From Bacteroidales bacterium (GTDB lineage: Bacteria > Bacteroidota > Bacteroidia > Bacteroidales > UBA1402), in contig JAQVXI010000004.1 in NCBI GenBank assembly GCA_028709215.1, forward strand, positions 70,874 through 134,873: a DNA stretch of 64,000 nt. Reading direction: 5' to 3'. A program made the translations under genes and the position numbers. Shown here piece after piece: positions 7,019-16,089 of the stretch (positions are counted from its first letter, which is position 1; every line of letters starts with the position of its first letter). The notes under the pieces were generated by a model. It made no database searches and was not told where the DNA came from. It worked only from the letters and a program-made list of their open reading frames with translations.

Positions 7019-8023
7019 TTATAATCTTCTGCCCTTTTTCTTTCTTCGTTGCATAAGCCTGCGAAACTCAGCTTCTTCAATATTCTCAGCAAGGTTTGCA
7101 TCGAACGGAATGTCTAGCAAACCACCAATTGTTGAAACAACTTCGGCTGCCGCATCACTTACCGGTTGCAGAGAGTCGGAAACGACGTTTGAAGTATTTT
7201 TTCCGAAAGATTGCACCAGATTTTGAGCGTGGATTTGTGGATTATATTCTTTGTCTGATTTTCTTGCATCACTCCATTGATTCTGATGCGCCTTTACTAT
7301 TGCAAACATTCGCATCAAATTCTTGTGACTAAACTTGCGGTCAATCTGAGAGCCTTTGAATGTATAATCGTCTTTCTCAAACGAAACTCCTTCTATAATA
7401 TCCGTTCCTCGGCGGCACTTAAACTGAATGGTAATCCCGTGTGGTTTGAGGTTTTCCGCCAACATTTGGTAATCCGCACTCTTTGGCAAAACCTCTTTCA
7501 TTGCGTCGCAAACCGCATACTTCGCCTTGTCCGCTCCGTATCGTTTCGGACGGTTTACACGCACCTTTCCTTTTCCATAAGTGAGCTGGTAGCGATCTTT
7601 CAGCTTTTTGCAGACAGCTATATTCCTTTTGTAATCGTTATTGACCGAAATAAGCTTCCGGCAGTTGTCGTTGTGTTCTTTAAACACGCCGTAGAGCGTT
7701 TTCGCATGATCGTCTTTACCCTGATAGTGGTTGACGATAGCACGGGGTGAAATGATTTTACCCTCAAGATCCATCTCCTGAAAAATCCTGAAAAACTGCA
7801 CGCGCAGTGAGTCGATGTAGTAGTTCAGATCATTTGATTTGCGATCACGCCCTGTGGCTCGTTCTTTGGGTTGCGACCAAAGTTCAGAGGGAATACTGCA
7901 TTTTAACTGCATCTCAACATACTGTTTGTCGTAGGTAATGCGCACACGCAGCGGTGCTTCGCCGTTTCTGAGTAGTTTTGATTTCTTGGTGTAAAACAAA
8001 ACCGAGAATCTTTTTCTTTCCAT
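7019..8023 (-). pseudogene. chimeric mobile-element remnant: tyrosine-integrase N-terminal arm-DNA-binding domain fused in frame to the C-terminal part of a Bacteroidetes MobA/VirD2-type relaxase
   Basis: 334-aa intact ORF. Residues 1 to ~125 (RFSVLFYTKKSKLLRNGEAPLRVRITYDKQYVEMQL...WSQPKERATGRDRKSNDLNYYIDSL) look like the arm-binding N-terminus of CTn/NBU integrases. No integrase catalytic core follows. Instead the rest looks like a relaxase C-terminus (LKPHGITIQFKCRRGTDIIEGVSFEKDDYTFKGSQIDRKFSHKNL ... RRKKKGRRL), without the relaxase N-terminal catalytic Tyr/His motifs. Confidence 0.6.
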
Positions 8024-8210
8024 AAAGTCCGTTTTTTTAGTTAGACAAAGTATGGAACACTACCAGACATTAGAGAAAATAGAATAGTGCAAAATACTGA
8101 ATAACAATCATTTGTAGGGTTATTCGTGGGACTTTTTGAAAGTCTGAAAAGTCCCCTGTTTAAGGCCGTGAGAGGCACTCAAAAAGGGCTTATTTTGCCT
8201 ACTCTGAGGA

Positions 8211-8247
8211 ATAAAAAATCCCCGATTTTCTTTGAAAATCGGGGATT
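8211..8247 (-). terminator. rho-independent terminator downstream of tRNA-Phe
   Basis: Perfect 13-bp stem (8217-8229 AATCCCCGATTTT with 8235-8247) and a 5-nt loop. On the minus strand it is followed by TTTTTTAT. Confidence 0.75.
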
Positions 8248-8272
8248 TACGTCGTTTTGAATCTTTCTTTTG

Positions 8273-8345
8273 TGGTGCCACCAGGAATCGAACCGGGGAC
8301 ACAAGGATTTTCAGTCCTTTGCTCTACCAACTGAGCTATGGCACC
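8273..8345 (-). tRNA. tRNA-Phe (anticodon GAA), CCA encoded
   Basis: The minus strand reads GGTGCCATAGCTCAGTTGGTAGAGCAAAGGACTGAAAATCCTTGTGTCCCCGGTTCGATTCCTGGTGGCACCA. Hand-folded cloverleaf with anticodon loop CTGAAAA. There is one C:U mismatch in the T stem by eye. Confidence 0.9.
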
Positions 8346-8361
8346 ATTGCTTTAGCGGCCA

Positions 8362-8369
8362 CAAAAGTA
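8362..8369 (-). promoter_or_regulatory. -7 promoter box (TACTTTTG) for tRNA-Phe
   Basis: The minus strand reads TACTTTTG, matching TAnnTTTG, 17 nt upstream of the tRNA 5' end. Confidence 0.45.
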
Positions 8370-8453
8370 CGATGGCTTTTTGGATTATCCAAATACCTCA
8401 ACGTTTTTTTTTAAAAAAAATCGATTCGTGTTGCCAATCGAAAAACCTTTTCA

Positions 8454-8461
8454 TACATTTG
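8454..8461 (+). promoter_or_regulatory. -7 promoter box (TACATTTG) for tRNA-Pro
   Basis: TACATTTG matches TAnnTTTG, 15 nt upstream of the tRNA-Pro 5' end. Divergent from the tRNA-Phe promoter. Confidence 0.45.
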
Positions 8462-8475
8462 CATCCGAATTCAAT

Positions 8476-8548
8476 CGGGATGTAGCACAGTTGGTAGCGC
8501 GCTACGTTCGGGACGTAGAGGTCGGAAGTTCGAGTCTTCTCATCCCGA
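8476..8548 (+). tRNA. tRNA-Pro (anticodon CGG), CCA not encoded
   Basis: CGGGATGTAGCACAGTTGGTAGCGCGCTACGTTCGGGACGTAGAGGTCGGAAGTTCGAGTCTTCTCATCCCGA. Anticodon loop TTCGGGA. The acceptor stem CGGGATG/CATCCCG is typical of tRNA-Pro. Confidence 0.88.
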
Positions 8549-8555
8549 CAGAATG

Positions 8556-8596
8556 AAAAGGGCTGATGCATAAACAAAGATTGCATCAGCCCTTTT
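8556..8596. terminator. bidirectional intrinsic terminator between tRNA-Pro (+) and the thioredoxin-family gene (-)
   Basis: 15-bp stem AAAAGGGCTGATGCA (8556-8570) pairs with TGCATCAGCCCTTTT (8582-8596). The A-run and T-run flanks give a U-tract on both strands. Confidence 0.8.
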
Positions 8597-8620
8597 TAAT
8601 TACTGGATCCTCCGGGATGA

Positions 8621-9727
8621 TTATTTTCCGAAGATCTCTTCTAAACGCTGACTCAAAGCCTCACCGCGCAAGTCTTTGGCTACAATCTTGCCTTCGGGGT
8701 CCAGTAGCACGGTGTGGGGAATTGAAGAGAAAGCATACAAATTGACCGCAGTACTTTGCCAGCCTGCCAAATCAGACATATGTGGCCAAGAAAGTGTGTG
8801 CGTTTCAATGGCGTTTTTCCATGCATCCCCATCGGTATCCAAAGACACGCCGACAATCTCAAAGCCTTTGGAGTGATAAGCTTCATAGGTCGCTTTTAAA
8901 TGCGGTATTTCACGAATGCAGGGACCACACCAGGAAGCCCAGAAATCAATCAACACATACGAACCTTTACCCGCTATACTGGAAAGCAAAAACGGGCTCC
9001 CATCGGGAGCATTCATTTCCAACTCGACAAACGGTCGACCCGGAATAACCCGATGTGCCTTGCGCGATATCTCGGCGATCATTTGCATAAATGGCTGTTC
9101 AAGGGCGGTGGCACTCGCTGCAGCCAGCACTGCGTCCAAATCCTCTAACTCCATATACTGAACCGTAGACTTCAAAATATGCATCCCAGCTGGATTATTG
9201 ATATTATCGACGACTTTTTGCGTGGAGAAAGCACGCATATCCTGCTCAAAACGCTCGTAGGAGGCCGAATAAGCCTCAAAAGCCGCTTGATCCTCCCGAT
9301 TCTGTTGGTAGACACGCATGGTTTGCATCAAGTCCTCAGAAAGCGCTCGAAAATCCCGGTCAAAGTCCTGATAGATGGCATTGATCTCACCACCGGTAAA
9401 GGCCAATCGACCTTCAACTTCCGCAACCTCTACACGAGGTTCCATAAAAAAATCACCCATCAACGAGCGCTCACCTTGAGCATCCTGAATCACCAAAAAG
9501 AACCAGCCAACAGAATCTACGCGACCGGACAACTCAAAACTGTCCCCTTCAATCAACACAGAGTCCAACGCCAGAGCCTCTTGTCCTTGATCCTCCGTAA
9601 ATGGATAGAGGAGCACCTGATGACCATTTTTGGACGCATCGGCCAGTGATCCGTGAATCAAATACGTCGATTTTCCGGAACAGGAAATAAGCAATGCCGA
9701 TAGAACGGCAATCATGATAGTTTTCAT
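8621..9727 (-). CDS. TlpA/AhpC-TSA family thiol:disulfide oxidoreductase lipoprotein
   Basis: 368 aa. Lipobox LLISCSG. Thioredoxin active site DFWASWCGPC in the C-terminal domain. Confidence 0.85.
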   Translation of the reverse strand: MKTIMIAVLSALLISCSGKSTYLIHGSLADASKNGHQVLLYPFTEDQGQEALALDSVLIEGDSFELSGRVDSVGWFFLVIQDAQGERSLMGDFFMEPRVEVAEVEGRLAFTGGEINAIYQDFDRDFRALSEDLMQTMRVYQQNREDQAAFEAYSASYERFEQDMRAFSTQKVVDNINNPAGMHILKSTVQYMELEDLDAVLAAASATALEQPFMQMIAEISRKAHRVIPGRPFVELEMNAPDGSPFLLSSIAGKGSYVLIDFWASWCGPCIREIPHLKATYEAYHSKGFEIVGVSLDTDGDAWKNAIETHTLSWPHMSDLAGWQSTAVNLYAFSSIPHTVLLDPEGKIVAKDLRGEALSQRLEEIFGK

Positions 9728-9738
9728 AACATATACGA

Positions 9739-10635
9739 TTAAAAACGAGCATAAACACTCAGTGGCAATCGGACACCATGGGTATCTGCCACCATTAATT
9801 CTCCACTTTCGATTTCAGAAACGCCTTTCTTGAAATAATAGTGAAGTAGATTTTCAGCAATAATGGGTGAAAATCCCATTGAATACAGGTTGAGTACCAC
9901 AAAACCTCCCGGCAAAAGCAATTCTGCACAAACCTCCAACAAACGGGTAATATGGGACTCTAAAATCCACTTTTCTCCGTCCGCTCCCCTTCCGTATGCA
10001 GGCGGATCGAGCAGGATGCCGTGATAACGACTACCCCTACGCTGCGCTCGCAGTACAAATTTCATGGCATCTTCTACAATCCATCGAATCCGATCCGTTC
10101 CGGTGGCTGTCGCATTCTCTCGCGCCCAGTTCACAACAGGTTTTACCGAATCCACGTGCGTTACACGTGCTCCAGCCAGTGCCGCAGCCAATGAAGCGCC
10201 ACCCGTGTAGGCAAACAGATTGAGCACTTCTGCTTCTTCCGATTTAGGTAACGCTTGAATGCGCTGATGGATGAAGTCCCAGTTTGAAGATTGCTCAGGG
10301 AAGATTCCGATGTGTTTGAACGCAGTCATGCCCAAACGAAAATGCATCTTCTGTCCGAAGAGGGGGTACTCAATCACCCATTGATCCGGCATGCCTTTAC
10401 GAAGAACCCATTCACCCCGTTCACCGGAATCCTGTGACGCATTGGGCTTTTGCTTTTTAAACCACGCATGGCAACGTGCTTCCCACTCCGACTCAGTTAG
10501 TCGTTTGGGCCACACAGCTTGAGGCTCGGGTCTTCTTAAAACATAGGCCCCATAGCGTTCTAATTTTTCATAGCCACCGGAATCCAATAACTCATACGCA
10601 CTCCACTGTGGGTTTACTAGCTGCAACATAGACAC
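9739..10635 (-). CDS. class I SAM-dependent (RlmI-like) RNA methyltransferase
   Basis: 298 aa. SAM-binding LNLFAYTGGASLAAA and the LLDPPAYG motif. The ORF opens with GTG at 10635. The first ATG is at 10629. Confidence 0.7.
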   Translation of the reverse strand: MSMLQLVNPQWSAYELLDSGGYEKLERYGAYVLRRPEPQAVWPKRLTESEWEARCHAWFKKQKPNASQDSGERGEWVLRKGMPDQWVIEYPLFGQKMHFRLGMTAFKHIGIFPEQSSNWDFIHQRIQALPKSEEAEVLNLFAYTGGASLAAALAGARVTHVDSVKPVVNWARENATATGTDRIRWIVEDAMKFVLRAQRRGSRYHGILLDPPAYGRGADGEKWILESHITRLLEVCAELLLPGGFVVLNLYSMGFSPIIAENLLHYYFKKGVSEIESGELMVADTHGVRLPLSVYARF

Positions 10636-10704
10636 AAATTTTAGTCAAAGATAAGAAAGATAGCGTTTTTTTTCGCACTTTTGGGGTTTCAATTAAAATG
10701 GAAC

Positions 10705-11505
10705 ATGGAACGAATCACCAGCCTGCAGAATCCAAGAATTAAACGCCTACAACTTTTAAACAAACACCGGGAGCGCATCCAGCAACAACGGTTTTCGATG
10801 GAAGGTGCCCGTGAATTGGGTCTGGCACGCAAAGCCGGTTATGAAATCGAATCCATCTACTATTGTCCGGAAATCTTCGCAAAAACGGAATATCCACACG
10901 TTCTTGAAGGGATTCCCGAAAATAAACTGGTTGAAATTACCCCTGCTGTTTTTGAGAAACTTGCATACAGAGAGCAGTCCGACGGAATCATCGCCCTGCT
11001 AAGACCCAAAAACCACCGATTGCAGGATCTGACACTTTCAGACAATCCATTTATTATCATTTTAGAAAAAGTAGAAAAACCAGGCAATCTTGGAGCCGTA
11101 CTGCGCACGGCGGATGCAGCGAAAGCAGACGCCGTCATTGTCTGTGATCCTTCGACCGATGTATACAACCCAAACGTCATTCGATCCAGCGTAGGAGGAC
11201 TTTTTACCGTACCCGTTGGTGTAGCCGATGCTCAAACATTGCTGAAATGGCTTCAGGATCAAAACATTCACACCTTCGCAGCCGAACTGGAAGCCAGTAA
11301 ATGGTATCACGAATGCGACTTCAAGCAGGCCTCGGCCATCGTAATGGGCACAGAGGCGGATGGACTGACCGATTTTTGGTTGAAGCACAGTGAATACCGC
11401 ATCAAAATCCCGATGCAAGGGCAATTGGACTCGCTCAATTTGTCGGTATCGACTGCCATACTGACCTTCGAAGCCATGCGTCAACGCAACTTCAATCAAG
11501 TTTAA
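10705..11505 (+). CDS. TrmH/SpoU-family RNA 2'-O-methyltransferase
   Basis: Track ORF trimmed to the ATG at 10705 (MERITSLQNPRIKRL). SpoU motifs: EKVEKPGNLGAVLRTADAA, IVMGTEADGL, LNLSVSTAI. Confidence 0.85.
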   Translation: MERITSLQNPRIKRLQLLNKHRERIQQQRFSMEGARELGLARKAGYEIESIYYCPEIFAKTEYPHVLEGIPENKLVEITPAVFEKLAYREQSDGIIALLRPKNHRLQDLTLSDNPFIIILEKVEKPGNLGAVLRTADAAKADAVIVCDPSTDVYNPNVIRSSVGGLFTVPVGVADAQTLLKWLQDQNIHTFAAELEASKWYHECDFKQASAIVMGTEADGLTDFWLKHSEYRIKIPMQGQLDSLNLSVSTAILTFEAMRQRNFNQV

Positions 11506-12316
11506 CGTGCAATGCAGTAATGGAACGCTTCACAAAAATAGAAGCGGATTCCTCAAATTTATCCACCGATTCAGTGGTTAAAAAGGCACACGAAGCGTTC
11601 CGAGTACAACAAGACTCCATTTCCGGATGCCTCGAAAGATAGTCTTTAAGGCTCTTAGCGACATAAGCACCCTGCGTAACGACCTGCACCCCTTTTGGAA
11701 CATATTGCTCAATGAGCGGTCTCAACAAGGGATAATGCGTACAACCCAGCAGCAGTGTGTCGATCTGAGGATCTCGTTCAAACAACGTTCGAATATGTCG
11801 CTCCACAAAAAAGGCAGCACCCCCAGTCTCCTGTTCACCATTCTCTACCAAGGGAACCCACATGGGGCAAGCTTCAGACGTCATCACGATGTCCGGAAAC
11901 AGTTTTCGAACCTCTAAGGGATAGGATCCGGAAAGCACCGTCCCTGGTGTCGCCGTCAACCCAACATGCCTGGAAGTGGTCAAAGATCCCAAAACTTCTA
12001 CCGTCGGACGCAAAATACCCAACACCCTCCGATCCGGAGACATGTTGGGTAAATCAACTTGCTGAATCGTGCGCAAAGCCTTCGCAGACGCCGTATTACA
12101 CGCTAAAATCACCAGTGAACAACCTTGGTCAAATAAGAATCGTACCGCCTGACGTGTAAACGCATACACCGTCTCAAACGACCGATTCCCATAAGGTGCG
12201 CGGGCATTGTCTCCTAAATACAAATAATCGTACTCAGGCAATTCGGAACGGATGTCCTCCAATATCGTCAAACCTCCGTAACCCGAATCGAATATGCCTA
12301 TTGGACCCGGTTGCAA
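11492..12316 (-). CDS. murI: glutamate racemase
   Basis: 274 aa. Motifs IGIFDSGYGGLT, ILACNTASA, LGCTHYPLL. Apparent TTG start. Confidence 0.92.
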   Translation of the reverse strand: MQPGPIGIFDSGYGGLTILEDIRSELPEYDYLYLGDNARAPYGNRSFETVYAFTRQAVRFLFDQGCSLVILACNTASAKALRTIQQVDLPNMSPDRRVLGILRPTVEVLGSLTTSRHVGLTATPGTVLSGSYPLEVRKLFPDIVMTSEACPMWVPLVENGEQETGGAAFFVERHIRTLFERDPQIDTLLLGCTHYPLLRPLIEQYVPKGVQVVTQGAYVAKSLKDYLSRHPEMESCCTRNASCAFLTTESVDKFEESASIFVKRSITALHVKLD

Positions 12317-12325
12317 AACAAGAAA

Positions 12326-12838
12326 TTATTTAAGATTCAATTTGGATCGCACCAGATTGGTTACATCCGTACACTTATCCATGGACCAATAAACCATACC
12401 GGCATTGGCAGACGTATCAAAGATGTACACAAAACCATTTTCTTCCCCAACCGCTTTCACTGCACGCTGCAATTTTTCATTGATCGGTGTCAACAACTGT
12501 GTACGCTGGGTTTGCAAATCACGTTCCGAGAACTGATAAAACTCCTGCATACGCTCTTGAAGATCCTGAATCTCAGCCATTCTGCGTACACGAATCGATT
12601 CCAAAATGGTATCACGTTGAGCGACAAACTCGGTGCTTTTCTTCCGATATTCTTCTTGCATGGACAACAACTCCCCTTCGTAACGCTTGGTCAGCGTATC
12701 CAGTCTACTGGAGGCCACTTCGGTTTCCGGCATACTCGTAAAAAGTTGATTCATGTCAACATAACCAAATTTCAGATCTTGTGCAAAAAGCGCAACGGGC
12801 AGAAAGAACAGCACCGTAAAAATAAACTTTCTAATCAT
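12326..12838 (-). CDS. OmpH/Skp-family periplasmic chaperone
   Basis: 170 aa. Signal peptide, then a Gln/Glu-rich coiled coil. Position downstream of bamA is typical for Bacteroidetes. Confidence 0.8.
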   Translation of the reverse strand: MIRKFIFTVLFFLPVALFAQDLKFGYVDMNQLFTSMPETEVASSRLDTLTKRYEGELLSMQEEYRKKSTEFVAQRDTILESIRVRRMAEIQDLQERMQEFYQFSERDLQTQRTQLLTPINEKLQRAVKAVGEENGFVYIFDTSANAGMVYWSMDKCTDVTNLVRSKLNLK

Positions 12839-12881
12839 GTGTGTTTCGTGAATTTATGAATAATAGCACTCATTATCAGGG

Positions 12882-13391
12882 TTAATAACCCATTTTTTGC
12901 AACACTTGGTCGCTAATATCAATTTTTGGGGACGCAAAAAGTATGTGCGAAGAAGAAGCTCGATCCAAAACCAGCATATAGCCTTCTTCTTCCGAAAGAA
13001 GTTTTATGGCATTGTATATCTCGTCCTGAATGGGATTCAGCAAACTTTCACGCTTTTTAAACAATTCACCTTCCGAACCAAAATATTGCTTCTTCAGTTC
13101 TGCGGCCTGTTTTTCTTTTTCAAGGATGGCCGTCTCGCGTTTAGACTTCATTTCATCCGACAAATAAACCATCTCAGCCTGGTACTTCGTATACAAATCT
13201 TTTGCCGTCTGAACAAGGCCGTCGATCTCAGCCTGCCACTTTTTGGACGCTTGCGTCAATTGATCGTTGGCCATTTCATAGGCCGGAATCTTGGATAAAA
13301 TGTAATCCATATCGATCAACGCATATTTCTGAGCCTGTACAGACGTCCCCGCAAGGATCATGACCATCAACGAAAATAGTATCTTCTTCAT
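12882..13391 (-). CDS. OmpH/Skp-family periplasmic chaperone
   Basis: 169 aa. Signal peptide (MKKILFSLMVMILAGTSVQAQ), then coiled coil. Second copy in tandem. Confidence 0.8.
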   Translation of the reverse strand: MKKILFSLMVMILAGTSVQAQKYALIDMDYILSKIPAYEMANDQLTQASKKWQAEIDGLVQTAKDLYTKYQAEMVYLSDEMKSKRETAILEKEKQAAELKKQYFGSEGELFKKRESLLNPIQDEIYNAIKLLSEEEGYMLVLDRASSSHILFASPKIDISDQVLQKMGY

Positions 13392-13484
13392 AGCTCTGTG
13401 TATTTAGTTCTACCCTCAAAAATAAGCAATCCTTTTTAACATTGATACTTCTTAACGAATTTTGTGTCAAAAGTAAACAATCTT

Positions 13485-16067
13485 TTAGAATTCCTGACCG
13501 ATCACAAAATGGAATTGACCTCCACTCACTGCCGTCGAACTGGCGTTTGCACGATCAAAACCGTAGGCCCAGTCAATACCCATCAGACCAACCATCGGCA
13601 AGAAGATGCGGACACCTACACCGGCAGAACGTTTCAAACGGAACGGCTCCCAGGTTTTACCGGTATCCCATAGATTTCCTCCTTCCACAAAAGCAAGGGC
13701 GTAAATCGTCGTTGAGGTCTCCATCATCAACGGATATCTCAACTCCGCACCGATGCGTTCGTAAATATAGGATGCACCCAAATCTCCATTCTCATACCCG
13801 CGCAACGCTACGGTCTCGTAGGTATACGCACTGCTGTAGCCCGTAGTACCGTCACCACCCATATAGAATGATCCAAAAGGTGATCTTCTATACGGACTGT
13901 ACGTCCCAAGGTAACCCAAATCAAAACGTGTCATCAAGACCAGTTTGTTATTGGGAGAAAGCGGGGTGTAGGTTTTGCTTTTAAACTTAATCTTATAATA
14001 CTCAATCCAATTGTATAAGGTCTCGAAATCTCCGCTCTCTATGAGTGCCTGATCATCCGCCATCGAATTTCCGTCCAATGAGGAGAATGGAGGTGTCGCC
14101 TGAACGGACAAAGACATATCGGATCCGTATCGGGTATACAAGGGGTTATCGATGGAGCGTCTGGATAACGTCAGCGACAATGAAAGATCGTTGCTCCGAC
14201 CATTCTGAATCACAAAATACTTCCAATTCTGTAGATTATAGTTTTGGTACGACAACTCACCATAGAGTTGAAAATAATCATCCGGCCAAGACAAACGTCC
14301 ACCCAAACCGACCGAAAAACCAAACATTTTCAAATAAGTATCGGGATCCAATTCATACATATAGGAACTCGAATAATCGGAACCGCTGTACAACGAACTG
14401 TAGTAGTAATTGCTGTAATAATTATCGTAGTAACGGGAACTTACATCACTTTGATGGGAGTAGAATCCCGAAACCTGCAAGGAATTCGGACGTTTGCCAC
14501 CCAGCCAGGGTTCAATGAACGAAAAACTATACGAGCTGTAATAGTTCCCATTGGAACGCCCGGTGATGGAAAACGTTTGCCCTTCTCCCTGAGGTAAGAT
14601 GCGATACGTGCCCAAATTCAACAGATTCCGAAGCGAGAAATTGGTAAACTTCAAACTGATGGACCCCACAATCCCGGTCGATCCCCAACCGGCCGAAAAT
14701 TCGATCTGGTCGTTTGACTTGGGTGTCAAATTGAGATTGATGTCAACCGTACCTGCTTCCTGATTCGGAATGGGTTTGATGTCCATTGTTTCCGGGTCAA
14801 AATGGCCGGTCTGTGCAATCTCACGCGCGGAACGCATCAAATCCGATTTGCTGAACAACGCACCGGGAATCACCCGCAACTCACGACGTATGACATGCTC
14901 ATACAACCGATCGTTTCCGTTGATGTTGATGCGACCGATGGTTGCCGGTGGGCCTTCCTGCATTCGAACTTCCAAGTCGATCGAGTCGCCTTCAACACGC
15001 ACCTCTACGGGTTGTGCATCAAAAAACAAATACCCCTTATCCATGTATAAATTGGAAACGGCATCTTCGTTTTGTGAGGTATGCAGTCGCTCCTCCAATC
15101 GTTTCTGATTGTAAACATCCCCCCGTTGAATGCGCAGGGTATTGGTCAGAAAATCGGAGGTATACAAGGTATTGCCCAACCAACGAATATCTCGGTGAAA
15201 GTACTGCTGTCCTTCATCAATTTTTAGGTAGACATTGACCGTTTTCTCATCAAAACGATACACCGTATCCTCTACAATGACCGCATCGCGATAACCCAAC
15301 TCATTGTATTTCTCAATCAACGCCAGCTTATCGTTCTCAAACTCTTCGTCTACAAACTTCTTTGTTCTGAAGAAATTCTCCCATTTTCCCTTTGCGTTGG
15401 TTTTCTTCATCGTCCGATTGACCTTAGAATCGGTCAAGGCATAATTGCCGTCAATAATCAGTTGATTCACTTTAATCTTGTCCTTGCGATCGCCATGGAT
15501 ATCCAGAATCACCTGACCCGGATTGGACGGATCCTCTGTTTGCAACACCTCCACTTCGGCATTCTTGTAACCCTTTTCATCAAAATACCGCTTTATCAAG
15601 GTAACGGCACGATCCGACATATTGGGTGTAATCTGATTGCCGACAATCAAACCAATCCGTGTTTCAAGTTCTTCACGATCCGCTTTCTTAAAACCGACAT
15701 AATTGATCTGCGAAATGCGCGGACGGGGCGCCAACTGGATTTCCAACCAAATCTGAGAACCTTCAATTTTATTGGCAAGGATTTTTACATCCGAAAACAG
15801 GCCGTGTCTCCAAAGACGTTTGAGTGCTTCGGTAATTTCATCCCCCGGCACCTTAATGGTTTGCCCCACTTGCAACCCGGAAAGACCAATCAGAACGTAG
15901 TCTTCGTAGTTATCGACTCCGGTCACATCGATCTCAGCAATCCGATACGCTTTGGGAGAAGCATAGTAAATCTCAGGTTTGGCATCCTGAGCATAGACAG
16001 GGGTCGACTGCAATCCCGTAAACAACAGCAAAACCAGTAAGGCAAAAAAGGACGTAATATGTTTCAT
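13485..16067 (-). CDS. bamA: outer membrane protein assembly factor BamA
   Basis: Track ORF trimmed to the ATG at 16067 (MKHITSFFALLVLLLF...), since the longer form overlaps uppS. POTRA repeats followed by a C-terminal Omp85 barrel ending in ...GGQFHFVIGQEF. Confidence 0.9.
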   Translation of the reverse strand: MKHITSFFALLVLLLFTGLQSTPVYAQDAKPEIYYASPKAYRIAEIDVTGVDNYEDYVLIGLSGLQVGQTIKVPGDEITEALKRLWRHGLFSDVKILANKIEGSQIWLEIQLAPRPRISQINYVGFKKADREELETRIGLIVGNQITPNMSDRAVTLIKRYFDEKGYKNAEVEVLQTEDPSNPGQVILDIHGDRKDKIKVNQLIIDGNYALTDSKVNRTMKKTNAKGKWENFFRTKKFVDEEFENDKLALIEKYNELGYRDAVIVEDTVYRFDEKTVNVYLKIDEGQQYFHRDIRWLGNTLYTSDFLTNTLRIQRGDVYNQKRLEERLHTSQNEDAVSNLYMDKGYLFFDAQPVEVRVEGDSIDLEVRMQEGPPATIGRININGNDRLYEHVIRRELRVIPGALFSKSDLMRSAREIAQTGHFDPETMDIKPIPNQEAGTVDINLNLTPKSNDQIEFSAGWGSTGIVGSISLKFTNFSLRNLLNLGTYRILPQGEGQTFSITGRSNGNYYSSYSFSFIEPWLGGKRPNSLQVSGFYSHQSDVSSRYYDNYYSNYYYSSLYSGSDYSSSYMYELDPDTYLKMFGFSVGLGGRLSWPDDYFQLYGELSYQNYNLQNWKYFVIQNGRSNDLSLSLTLSRRSIDNPLYTRYGSDMSLSVQATPPFSSLDGNSMADDQALIESGDFETLYNWIEYYKIKFKSKTYTPLSPNNKLVLMTRFDLGYLGTYSPYRRSPFGSFYMGGDGTTGYSSAYTYETVALRGYENGDLGASYIYERIGAELRYPLMMETSTTIYALAFVEGGNLWDTGKTWEPFRLKRSAGVGVRIFLPMVGLMGIDWAYGFDRANASSTAVSGGQFHFVIGQEF

Positions 16068-16089
16068 GTAAATCATGCTTCTATGGAAT

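Noticed and set aside
8128-8155. 9-bp-stem inverted repeat GGGACTTTT...AAAAGTCCC between the chimeric ORF and tRNA-Phe
   Set aside because: There is no U-tract on either strand and no partner repeat visible. Its function cannot be determined from this window.
8273-8345. C:U mismatch in the tRNA-Phe T stem (and an A:C mismatch in the tRNA-Pro D stem) as a possible integration scar at an att site
   Set aside because: The tRNA-Phe terminator hairpin (8211-8247) is intact between the tRNA and the island, so insertion inside the tRNA is not supported. The second att copy cannot be seen in this window. The folding was done by eye, so tRNAscan-SE should be run.
8404-8420. T9A8 palindromic tract between the divergent tRNA promoters
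   Set aside because: It is probably just an AT-rich, UP-like or bent spacer of divergent promoters. There is no evidence for a specific element.
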